Below, piece by piece: positions 11,922 to 23,804 of a DNA stretch of 63,954 nucleotides. The position numbers and the translations under genes are program-made. Under the pieces are notes generated by a model. It saw nothing but the letters and a program-made list of their open reading frames with translations. It was not told the DNA's origin and made no database searches. The stretch is from Chiloscyllium plagiosum (taxonomy: Eukaryota): assembly GCF_004010195.1 (NCBI RefSeq), contig NC_057711.1:73102018-73165971 (forward strand), read 5' to 3'. Every line of letters begins with the position of its first letter. Position 1 is the stretch's first letter.

Positions 11922-13066
11922 TTGTGGGCAAAGTCTTAGAGAGAATTGTAAGGGATAGGATTTATGAACATCTGGATAGGAATAATGTGATCAAGGATAG
12001 TCAGCATGGTTTTGTGAAGGACAGGTCGTGCCTCACAATCCTTATTGAATTCTTTGAATAGGTGACTAAGGAGGTAGACAAGGGGTAAAGCGGTAGATGT
12101 GGTGAATATGGATTTTAGTAAGGCATTTGATAAGGTTCCCCATGGTAGNNNNNNNNNNNNNNNNNNNNNNNNNNNNNNNNNNNNNNNNNNNNNNNNNNNN
12201 NNNNNNNNNNNNNNNNNNNNNNNNNNNNNNNNNNNNNNNNNNNNNNNNNNNNNNNNNNNNNNNNNNNNNNNNNNNNNNNNNNNNNNNNNNNNNNNNNNNN
12301 NNNNNNNNNNNNNNNNNNNNNNNNNNNNNNNNNNNNNNNNNNNNNNNNNNNNNNNNNNNNNNNNNNNNNNNNNNNNNNNNNNNNNNNNNNNNNNNNNNNN
12401 NNNNNNNNNNNNNNNNNNNNNNNNNNNNNNNNNNNNNNNNNNNNNNNNNNNNNNNNNNNNNNNNNNNNNNNNNNNNNNNNNNNNNNNNNNNNNNNNNNNN
12501 NNNNNNNNNNNNNNNNNNNNNNNNNNNNNNNNNNNNNNNNNNNNNNNNNNNNNNNNNNNNNNNNNNNNNNNNNNNNNNNNNNNNNNNNNNNNNNNNNNNN
12601 NNNNNNNNNNNNNNNNNNNNNNNNNNNNNNNNNNNNNNNNNNNNNNNNNNNNNNNNNNNNNNNNNNNNNNNNNNNNNNNNNNNNNNNNNNNNNNNNNNNN
12701 NNNNNNNNNNNNNNNNNNNNNNNNNNNNNNNNNNNNNNNNNNNNNNNNNNNNNNNNNNNNNNNNNNNNNNNNNNNNNNNNCTTTTTCTATGTATGGAGTC
12801 AGCTATTACGAGGGGGCATAGCTTTAAATTAAGGGGGAGTTGGTATAGGACAGATGTTAGGGGTAGATTCTTTACTCAGCGAGTCGTGAGTTCATGGAAT
12901 GCCCTGCCAGTAGCAGTGGTGGACTCTCCCTCTTTATGGGCATTTAAACGGGCATTGGATAGACATATGGAGGATAGTGGGCTAGTGTAGGTTAGGTGGG
13001 CTTGGATCGGCGCAACATCGAGGGCCAAAAGGCCTGTACTGCGCTGTATTTTTCTATGTTCTATGT
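11922..13066 (+). mobile_element. 5'-truncated CR1 nested antisense inside the host CR1; spans the gap
   Basis: Plus-strand RT motifs (MDFSKAFDKVPHG; RGRFFTQRVV) and (ttctatg)n tail. Host sequence cctccagtcct|ctggtactaa resumes after it. Confidence 0.8.
12149..12780. other. Assembly gap (632 N)
   Basis: Run of N. Confidence 1.
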
Positions 13067-15824
13067 TCCTCTGGTACTAAACCTGTGGACAATGACGACT
13101 CAAATATCAAAGCCAAAGGCTCAGCTATTTCCTCCATAGCTTCCCAGAGAATCCTCGGATAAATCCCATCCGGCCCAGGGGACTTGTCTACTTTCACTCC
13201 TTCTAGAATTGATACCACCTGTTTGTAACTAACCTCGATCCTTTCTAGTCTAATGTCTCGGACCTCATTCTTCTCCTTAACAATATTCTCCTTTTCCTGA
13301 GTGAAAACAGATGAGAAATGTTCGTTTAGCACCTCTCTGATCTCCACAGGGTCCACACTCAACTTCACACTTCTGTCTTTGATTGGCCCTATTCCTACCC
13401 TAACCATCCTTCTATTCCTCACATACCTTTAGGGTTCTTCTTTATTCTATTTGCTAAAGACTGCTTGTGTCCCCTCTTTGCTCTTCTTAACTCTCTCTTT
13501 AAATCCTTCCGAGATAATCTGCAACTCTCCATCGCCTCATCTGTACCATCTTGCCTCATCAACACATCAGCCTCCTTCTTCTTCGTAACAAGAGATGAAA
13601 TTTCTGTAGTAAATCACGGTTCCCTTACCTTATCACTTCCTCCCTGCCTGACAGGGACATACTTATCGAGGACACGCAATATCTGTTCCTTACACCAGCT
13701 GCACATTTCCATTGTCTGCATCCCCTGCATTTTGCTACCCCATTCTATGCATCCTAATTCTTGCCTAATCGCATTATAGTTGTCCTTGCCCCATCGATAA
13801 CTCTTGACCTGTGGCATGTACCTATCCCTTTCCATCGCTAAACTAAACGTAACTGAATTATGGTCACTCTCTCCAAAGTGCTCACCTACAAATAAATCAA
13901 ACATCTTGCCTGGTTCATTACCAAGCACCAGATCCAGTGTGGCATCCCCTCTTGACGGCCCTTCAACGTACTGTGTCAGGAAACCCTCCTGTATACACTG
14001 GACAAAAACTGATCCATCTGATGTACTAGAGTTATAGCATTTCCAGTCAATGTTGGGGAAGTTAAGGTCCCCCATAATGACCACCCTGTTCCTTTCACTC
14101 TTACCCAGAATAATTTTGCTAATCCTCTCTTCCACCTCCCTGGAACTCTGCGGAGGCCTATAAAAAACTCCAAGCAGTGTGACCTCTCCTCTCCTGTTTC
14201 TAGCCTCAGCCCACACTACCTCAGTAGACGAGTCCTCATCAAAAGTTCTCTCAGCCACCGTTATACTATCCTTGACTAACAAGGCCGCACCTCCCCCTCT
14301 TTTACCGCCTTGCCTGTTCTTAATGAAAGATCTAAACCCTGGAACCTGCAACATCCATTCCTCACCCTGCTCTATCTACATCTCCGAAATGGCCACAACA
14401 TCCCAGGTACCTATCCATGCTGCAAGCTCACCCACCTTATTTCGGATACTTCTGGCGTTGAAGTAAACACACTTCAAACCACTTCGCTTTCTGCCAGCAC
14501 ATTCCTGTGACCCTGAAATCTTGCCCCTGTCCTTCCTACTCTCAACCTCCTGTGCACTGCAACTCCACCTCCAGTTCCCATCCTCCTGCTGAGCTAGATT
14601 AAACCCACCCGAATAGCATCAGCAAATTTCCCACCCAGGATATTAGTACCCCTCTAGTTTAAGTGAAGACCGTCCTGTTTGTACAATTCCCACCTTCCCC
14701 AGAATGAGCCCTAATTCTCCAAGAACCTGAAACAACTGTCTCAAAGTCTTAATAAGTCACCACGTTGAGCTGAACTGCCTTGTTTATTTGTCTCCCTTTA
14801 CTTTTTGCAACAAGATCCACTCCAATTTACAAAAATAGGACATGCTTTGTTTGTAACTAGAAGTTTCTGAGCTCTGTTAATTTGTTGCTGATGAAGCTGA
14901 AGTCTCATTCAGGGCTGTGACAATGGTAACAATAAGAGTGATGTCCTTGGTTCCTGCACTTCTCGACATGATCTGTTGATTTGAGTTTGGAATGTTTGAA
15001 ACAATATCAAGGAGTAATGGCTTTGACTTAACTGGAAGAACAGAAAACTACAGATCAAATGACATCTCATTTTATCAATAATATAATATATTTTTATTGT
15101 TGACTAGCTTTTCAGTCACAAACCTTTAAGTGTATCTACGGAAGGGAACCTCTTCATAATTTTGTTATCTTCATGTGAATTTTCTTTGCTTTTCAGACAG
15201 CTCAATTCTTGAGAACTTTAAATCTTGACACAGTTGACTCCCATTGGAATGTGACAGTGCAGGACAAGTGTTGGGGAACTTCACTGAGAGAGGGATGGAG
15301 ATAAAATTAGTTAGCTGTTAGAAATGCACAAGTTAATAAAAGCTGTATTTGTTAAAGGCATGTCATGTATGCAAATTTACAGCTAATGAACAGTGATCCA
15401 ATAAAGCGGATTTACTGGAGAAGGCAGACGATAATCCACGGGCGACAAACATTGATCTTTCTCATGCTGTTGAAGTGGGATGTCCCTTTGGATTGGAGGT
15501 GAACAGTCCACAATCTTATATTGTCTATATTTATACAATTTCTTTATTGCAATAAAACATCCAAAATAGTTTACAGTTGCAACATAAAGCAGAATGTGAT
15601 GTCAGGTTACATAAAATGACATTAGGAAGAATAGCCAAAAGCCAAATGAGGTCAATTTTAAGCAGCAGCTTCAAGGAAGAAAGAGATTTAAAGAGGTGGA
15701 ATGATTTCAGAGGAAATAAGTGAATTTCAATTCTAGGCAGCTGGAGTCATAGCCACCCATCGGATTGCAATTAAATCACTTAAGTTCAAGAAATCAAAAC
15801 TCAGCACATATAAGTGGAGTGGGT

Positions 15825-16420
15825 TAGAGTCATAGAGATGTACAGCATGGAAACAGACCCTTCGGTCCAACCCGTCCATGCCGACCAGATATCCCAACCC
15901 AATCTAGTCCCACTTGCCAGCACCCAGCCCATATACCTCCAAACCCTTCCTATTCATATACCCATCCAAATGTCTTTTAAATATTGCAATTGTACCAGCC
16001 TCCACCACTTCCTCTGGCAGCTCATTCCATACATGTACTACCCTCTGTGTGAAAAGGTTGCCCCATAGGTCTCTTTTATATCTTTCCCCTCTCACCCTAA
16101 ACCTAGGCCCTCTAGTTCTGGACTCCCCAACCCAAGGAAAAGACTTTGCCTATTTACCGTATCCATGCCCCTCATAATTTTATAAACCTCTATAAGGTCA
16201 CCCCTCAGCCTCCGACACTCCAGGGAAAACAACTCTAGCCCGTTCAGCCTCTCCCTGTAGACTTTCAAGGAGCTATGAACCTGCACTCCAAGGTCTCTTT
16301 GTTCAGCAACACTCCCTAGACCTTACCATTAAGTGTATAAGTCCTGCAGCCCCTCGCATTTATCTGAATTAAACTCCATCTGCCACTCCTCAGCCCATTG
16401 GCCCATCTGGTCAAGATCCG
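15825..16420 (-). mobile_element. CR1 3' fragment with internal deletions
   Basis: FTQRVVHVWNELPEEVVEAG and RLRGDLIEVYKI motifs; (gactctat)-type tail. Confidence 0.85.
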
Positions 16421-17074
16421 ATTGAAGAGATAAGGAGAGACTATAAGTGGATATGAAAGCCAGAATGAGAATTTTAAAATCAAGGCATTACTTAGTTGTC
16501 GGCCAGTCGGTCAGTGAAAATTTGGTCTAGGGTGAACAGGACATAAAGAACACAAATAAGAACTATGTGCAGATGGAGGCAGTTCAGCCACTTGAGCCTG
16601 CTCTGCTGTTAAGTACAACCATGGGTGATCTCATATATGAAACTTAGCATGAGTAAGGTCAGGAGTTTTTGACGACTACAGTTTATGAATGCCAGAGGCC
16701 AGTTGATGGTAATACTGGATAAGTCAGATTTAAAAAAACTGAAAGAACTGTGGATGCTTTGAATTAGAAACAAAAACATATGTTGCTAGAAAAGCTCAGC
16801 AATTCATAGGAAGTGTTGCCAAAGCTGAAACATTAACTTTGAATTGTTTTCACAGATGCTGCCAGACCTCCTGAGCTTTTCCAGAACCTGATGCTTAAAT
16901 CTGATTAAAATCTGGGGGATTGAATGGCCATAAACTTTTATGTTTTGCAATTTGTTACTATGATCATCTAAATCTATTCACACAAGACTATCAATGTAGT
17001 TTTAACAAAAGCACGTAAAATAACTACTCAAGAGAAAGAAGAAAAATAATTTATCATTGTCAGCATTCACTCGC

Positions 17075-20000
17075 AAACATGTATAATTGCCCACTTGGGA
17101 AAGTTCACATCACTGGCCATGGGTTCTATGGGTCCTTGTGTAATGAGCCTGATCCTAAAGCCACATCACCAACCAAACATTTGGCAGGTGTTTCCAGGAA
17201 GTGGACGTTGTCCCTGACCTTGAGATCATTTGCATTCTTTCTCCAGTACCTTTTCTGCACTTCCTCTTGCTGATGGGTGTTCTCAAAGACTTGTGTCCCT
17301 ACACACAGGAGTTCCCTCCAAGTTGGTTTCTTCTGAACAAGGGTCTCCCATGTTTTGACATCAAGTTGCATTTGTTGAGGGAAGACTTTAGGGAGTCTTT
17401 GAAACACTTCCTTTGTTGTCTTCTCATTCAAATGCCTTCCTTGAGGTGGGCAAAGAAGATTTGAGTTGGTAGTTGGAACTCAGGCACACTAACCACGTGG
17501 TTGGCTCAGCGGAGTTGGTTTTGGATGATCAAGGCCTCGATGTTGGTATTATTAGCTGCTTCAACAATGTGGATGCTAAAACACCTGACCTCTCAGCTGA
17601 TGTGGAGAATCCAAACAGTGTTGATGGTACTTCTCAAGGATCTTGAGATGGAATCTATATGTAGAGGTGTTGGAGCGATATAGAAAGTCAGTAGGATCAC
17701 TACCTTATACACAAGGATCTTGGTATTAGCACGGATGTGACGGCTCTCAAAAACTCTCATCCTTAGGCAACCAAAGACAGCACTCACAGATTGTATGTGA
17801 TGTTGAATCTTCACATTGATGTCAGACTAGATGTGAGGTCTCTTCCCAGGTAAGGGAAATGTTCCACATTTGGGAGGATTTCTCCATTGATCTTAATGAA
17901 GGGATGGATCAGCTCATATCCTGGGATGGTTTGGTAAAGGATTGGAGCCTTCTTGAGGCTGACACTGAGGACAATGTTTCCGTCTGCCACAAAGGCATTA
18001 GTAAAGCTTGAAGACTATCTTCCAAGAAAGCAGAAAGGACAAAGTCATCTGCATACTGAAGTCCCACACGCAAGATTGGTCTCTCATTTTCTTCTTGGAT
18101 TTCAATCGGTTGAGGTTGAAAAGTTTTCCATCCATTCTGTAGACAATGTTCATTCCACTGTGAAGCTTCTTCTTGGCAAGATGAACAATGGTGGTGATGA
18201 AAATGGTGAAAAGAACAAGGTGGGGGGCAGCGGGTTGGAATGACACAGCCTTGCTTGACCTCAAAGGAATATGTCATATTGCTTGATGAGAACTGTCACT
18301 GATACCTTGTCTTTTTGAATATGGAGGATGTTGATGAATTTCGATGGACCGTCAGCCTTTGACAGGGTCTTCCATAGCACGACCTGAAAAGGCTTGGTCA
18401 CGTCAATCGCTTTGTAGAGCAATTGGTGTTATTCCTGGCATTTCTCTTGTTGTTGCTGAGCAATGAAAAACATGTCTATAGCTGCATGGTTTGTCAAAAG
18501 CCCCACTGGCTTTCAGGAAGGATTCCTTTAGAGATTGGGAGAAGGCACCTAGCGAGGATTCGGGGAATGATCCTTCTGGCAATGGAGATTAAGGATGTTC
18601 TTTACTAGTTCCCACAGACCACTTTGTCTTCTTACTTGAAGATGGTGGCAGCATCCCTGAAATTGGCAGGGATTTCTTCTTTGTCCCTGATATTCAGAAA
18701 GAATTGATGGAGATGACAGGTAAGCATGCTCCTCCAAGTTTGTAAATCTCTATTGGAATATCACCTGTCCTGCAGCTTTTCTATTCTTCATGTGCAGTTT
18801 GGCGACTTCACCTTCTTAGGTGGGAGTCCAAGATCATCTTTGATGGGGAGTTGGAGAATTTTCTCAAATACGTCCTCATTGATGATTGTATCATGCTTTA
18901 GGAATTCTTTGAAGTGTTCTTTCTATCAGAGGCTGATATTTCGTCTGTCTATCCACAAGGTCCTATCCTTACTCTGCACTGGTTTGAGACCAAGGGTGTT
19001 TGATCTCTACATTGCATTGGTGGCACTGAAGACACTCTGGGTACTGTGCTTGTCAGCATGGAATTGCAGCTCTTAACTTTCTCAGTCCACCATCACTCCT
19101 TGGTTTCCTTTGTCATTTTTGTAACTTCACAATTACTGTTTGATGCATTCACTTTATTTCACCAGTGATGACTTTTGCCAGGCACGGAGAGATTTCCTCT
19201 TCTTGTGGATGAGGCCTTAGACGATATGGACAAACCATTCTTGGTGTTTGCTGGTTTTTCCACAGCATGAGATGATGATTGTCTTCAGCTCTTTCCAGCT
19301 TTCTTCCACTCATTAAAAATGAACTCTTTGGAGATTTTGGTGAAGACATCATTGGGCATTTGCTTGTCTGCTTGGTGGGTGAAGCCACTCAATTTTGAGC
19401 TTTTTTCTGAACTGTTTCTGTATCTTCAGCTGCTTCTGATGGAATTTGATGGACTTTGAAGAGCAGATGAACTGGTGGTCTATCCAGTAGTCATCTGCAC
19501 TGGTCACTGCTTTTGTAAGAGGTCATCCTTTAGGCCTCAGGATTCAACAAAATCGTAGTCGATTATGTGCCAATATCTTGATCATGGGTGCCTCCAAGAA
19601 GTCTTGAACTTGTCTTTTTGGTGATGACTAGCTATTGTTTCACACATTTGGTGAGCAGGAGAATCGCACTGGTGTTGCAATTCCTGACTACTTCCTTTTG
19701 ATAGTTCCTTTCCAGACTTGGGCATCCTTTCCAACCTGGCATTGGAGTCCCCAAGAATGATCATTTCATCTTCAGGGATGTTGGTGAGTATGGTGTCCAG
19801 AGTGGAGTAGAAGCCTCCTTTGGACTCATCAGTGCTGATGACTGCTGGACAGACCACCAGCTCATCTGCTCCCCAACATCCATCAAATTCCATTAGAAGT
19901 AGCTGAAGATGAAGAAACAGTTCAGAAAAAAATCTCAAAGTTGAGCGGCTTCAACCACTATTGTTACCTTCTGATTCTTGGCGTGTTGTAGATGGAGAGT

Positions 20001-20535
20001 AATGAGGTGATTGTTGGTGCCAACAGAGAGCTCTGAGAGTTGGTTGATGAGCTTATGCTTGATGGCAAATCCAATTCCTTGAGTCCTGAGTTGCTGTTTG
20101 GGTTTTCCACTCCAGAAGAATGTGTAACCACTACATTCTTCTGTCAGCTGCCCTTCGTCTGCTCTTTGAGTCTCCCGCTGGACAGCAATGCCAGCATTGA
20201 AGTGCTTGAGTTCATAGGGCAGTTCTTTGTTTTGGAGGATTGTTTTGCTCATTATCTATCAGAATTTGTACATACAAGGTTCCAAGATTGAGTTTCCTGT
20301 TGGTTTTCAGATGGCAGGTAGATGAGCCTACTGGATGTGATTTTCTAGCCAGGTTGGTGATGAAACAGGCTATTTATAGGACATCTTTTCTAGCCCCTTC
20401 CCATGGAGGGTAAGCAGAGTGAATCCTGAAGAGGGTTGTTCAGTCATGAAGAAAGCTGGTCCTATTCCAAGAGTGAAATGACCAAGTCAAATTCCATTGA
20501 CTATGTACTTATCTGCAGCTAGGGACTTCCAGATC
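17075..20535 (-). mobile_element. Near full-length decayed RTE-clade LINE
   Basis: EN motifs EGQLTE..GYTFFWSGKP..GIGFAIK and IILGDSNAR; RT motifs VKQGCVI and LQYADD; C-terminal AVFGCLRMRVF..TKILVYKVVI. The 20636-20860 segment may be its 5' region. Confidence 0.85.
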
Positions 20536-22409
20536 ATGCAATCCTATCCCGTCACCATAAGACCATAAGACCATAAGACATAGGAGTGGAAGTAAGGCCA
20601 TTCGGCCCATCAAGTCCACTCCACCATTCAATCACCTCTTGCCGATCGCTGCAGGGCTTGTGTTGTGTGTGTGGGGGTTTGAATTCCTCTGGGTAGATGC
20701 TTTTTGTGAGACATCTTTTAATGTGAGAATGTTGTTGCACATCAACAGGCACACAATTCTTGACAGAAGGAGAATCCAGTTCCAGTGGCAAGGAAACCAT
20801 GATGACTGGGGATCCTCCTTCTGCTGCCGATTTCATTCACTGTCACAGCTGTTGATATCAGATTAACATCTTCTGCTTAGATTGCCATTGAGGACATTTT
20901 TCTGATTGTGTTCTGTATGATTCCTCTCCTCCAAGCTGGGTGACCCTGGCGGAAGTTGAGAATTCCTTACAGCATTGCTCTTGGCATCAATGGAAAACAT
21001 GTATGAAATAAAAACATAATTTGGAAAGATCTTGCCATAAACAGCAAAAAGAAAATTCAACCCTTTTCCCATCAGTATTTTGAATCAATATTCAGTGAAG
21101 TTCCACTCCTATCTTCAGTTTTAAATGTCTTAACTGACTCATGAGGTTGGCAACTTTCTGCACATTCAACAGATGTAGTTCTCTCCATTATTGGCTCTCC
21201 CTGAGATTAAAAAACAGACTAACTCACCAACTGTCAGATCAGATCTTCACAGTACGGAAAATCAAAAAGCCATTTACCTCTACATTAGAATCCAAGTTCC
21301 CAAACTATAAACGTGCATTGTAACCTCTCATAATAATTAAAATGTCAAGTTTAGTCATAACAAATGCACAAAGAACTGACAAAGCAAAGTAATGCCATGG
21401 GGAATGAGAGTAGGTAATCATATTAATAACCGATTGGAAACCCTCATTTTGTGGATAAATATAACATCAAAAACAGTCTGGTCAATAGACAGAAAAAAAA
21501 GTTGTAGAAAGACCAAAGATCATGGATTCAGTTTTACCAATGCTGGAAGATGCTGTGCTAATCTGGTACTGAATGTTAGTCAAGCAACCTGGATAGTTTA
21601 GAAAGGTGGTGATGAGATAAAGCTTCATATTGTCATCATACATTTGTTTTTTGCTGTGTTTTTATGTAATGTTATGAGTAATATGCTGATGAGAAATACA
21701 CAAGTACTGGAAAAGATCCAGAGGAAATGATGTGGGTGCAGCTGATGTGTCTGTGCTTGTCTGAATCCATTCTGATCTACATAATCATTGCCAGATTATC
21801 ACTGAAATGGCTTCTATTCCTGGTGTGGTGGACTGTGTCAAGTCAAGACCAGTGAGTGATAGATTACAGTATATTCACTGTCGTCTCTTAACATGTTTAG
21901 CATATCTTTAATTAGAGACCACATGTAGTCCAACAGTAAATCAAACACATCCAGCATTGCCAGTTTCCCCAAAAAATTGCAATTCTGTTCACATCTACAA
22001 ACCATTTAATGGCCCTGTCTTACCTTCTTGTTGCAGTTTCCTCCAGTCCTATGTCTTCTTCAAAATCTATTCTTCTATGTTCTCCATTGCATTACTCACT
22101 CTTTATTCCTCCATAGGTGGCAGAACTTTCAGCTTCCTTGCATCTATTCTTTAGATTTCCTTTTTTAAAGTACTCAACCTCTAGAAACTACTTAAAAGCT
22201 ATATTTGACCAGGGTTTTGCTAGCCTCCCCACATAGAGTTATGTCAGCTGTTCCTGAATCTTTTATTATACTTTAGGTCGAGCCTTGTGGGGGCTCTAAT
22301 CTTTGGCTGTTCTGTACAGAATAGCTTGGAATTGTGGGAGGATCTTCGTAAAGACCCATCCCATGTAGGCCTGGCTGATAGTTTCTAGGTTTTAGACTGG
22401 GAGGACTTG

Positions 22410-22785
22410 GGAATGTTATCGAAGTTTAAAAAATAATGAGATGTATAGATTGAATTAATGGTAGTTGTCTTTTCCCTAGGATAGGGGATTTCAAGACGAG
22501 GGGGCACATTTTTAAGATGAGAGAAGAGACATGTAAAAAAGACATGAGTGGTAAATCCTTTACACCAAGAGTGGTTCACGTGTGGAATGAACTTCCTGGG
22601 GAAGTGGTGGAAACAGATACAATTACAACATTTAAAAGACATTTGGATAGGTACATGAATAGGAAAGGTTTGGAGGGATATGGGCCAGGAGCAGGCAATG
22701 GGACTAGTTTAGTTTGGGATTATGTTCGGTACAGTCTGGTTGGACCAAAGGGTCTGTTTCTGTGCTGTAGACTCTATGAGTCTAT
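22410..22785 (+). mobile_element. CR1 3' fragment
   Basis: ORF 22517 FTPRVVHVWNELPGEVVE..FKRHLDRYM; ctctatga tail. Confidence 0.85.
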
Positions 22786-23559
22786 GAGCAGTAACTCACT
22801 CTGTCTTAATCTTTTCCAGAGTTTTTTCCATGTCCTGTGGAAGGAGCATGGAGTAACTAAGATTGCTCTTGATGAACTAAGTATGCAGCACTAAGTATGA
22901 AATGTCTGTGAGGGTTTTGTGGCACATTAGTAGTGTCCTTACCTCTGAGCTAAAAGGCCTGGGTTCAAATCCCACTGCATTCAGATATGTGTCATAATAT
23001 GCCTCAACACATTAATTAAAAACAACCACAATGTGCAGATGACATCAATAATAATAGACTTCATTGAGTGTTTTTTTGGTTCTGAAGCTTTTTTTTTCAC
23101 TTTTAGTAAATTACAAGTACCTTAAACAGGACACTTGGTGCACTACTTATTTGGTGATCCCACCTGCAGAAACCTTCATTGATCCAGCCAGTTTTCCACA
23201 ACTCTTTACAAAGAGATGTTAAAAGAGTCAAGAACCAGATGGCACAGGTTTAAAATGATTTGCCAAATAAATGCAAATGCGAACCAAAACATTATTACAC
23301 AACGAGTAGTGAGATTATGGAAGTATAACTAGGATATTCAAGAGGGTATTGGATGAATATTTGGATTGAAATAATATACAAGAGTACAGGGAAAAAGTAG
23401 GAGATTGGTAGTAAGTAACTATCCTCATTCAGAGAGCCGGTGCTTTGAACACTCTGCTTCTACCCTGTAACACTTATATGATTCTGAGATATAAAACCAA
23501 TTGCCTCTCTCCCTCCCTTTGTGATGAAGAGAGAGAGAGGATGTCAATAGCCCACAACA

Positions 23560-23726
23560 TAGAGGGAGCAGGAGGAGCACCTGGAAAGGCAGTGAGCCAG
23601 TGCAGCGCCCCCGCGTGCCCAGAGCGAGAGCAGATCAAGGCGGGAGGCTGTGACCCGGAAGTGCGGCTCTGGGGAAGGGGGAGGAGAGAGTGGGTTTAGT
23701 TTCCGGGTCGGGGCTCTGCAGCAAGG
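23560..23726 (+). promoter_or_regulatory. PHAX CpG-island promoter/5'UTR with ETS (GABPA-type) sites
   Basis: CpG-rich. CCGGAAGTG at 23655-23663, reverse TTCCGG near 23701, and YY1-like GATGGCGGC over the start codon. Confidence 0.65.
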
Positions 23727-23804
23727 ATGGCGGCGCCGCTGGAGGACGGGGAGGTGCTGGACTCTGAGTCTGACTCGGAGATGACCACGGGCGGAGAGCC
23801 GCAG
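23727..23804 (+). CDS. PHAX: PHAX exon 1, MAAPLEDGEVLDSESDSEMTTGGEPQ
   Basis: Strong Kozak context (aggATGG) and CAG|gtaccg donor, phase 0. Similar to human ..MEDGQLSDSDSDMT. Confidence 0.85.

Larger units (their letters stand above)
10040..14732 (-). mobile_element. CR1-clade LINE ORF2 (EN + RT), host to a solo LTR and an opposite-strand CR1
   Basis: 246-aa endonuclease ORF 13614-14354; RT ORFs 11554-11931 and 10843-11370; 3' tail near 10041. Confidence 0.92.

Noticed and set aside
12099-12990. Long ORFs of 240 and 287 aa
   Set aside because: They consist mostly of X from the N gap.
15369-15376. Octamer as the distal element of a snRNA gene (tempting next to PHAX)
   Set aside because: No PSE or recognisable snRNA sequence at the expected distance.
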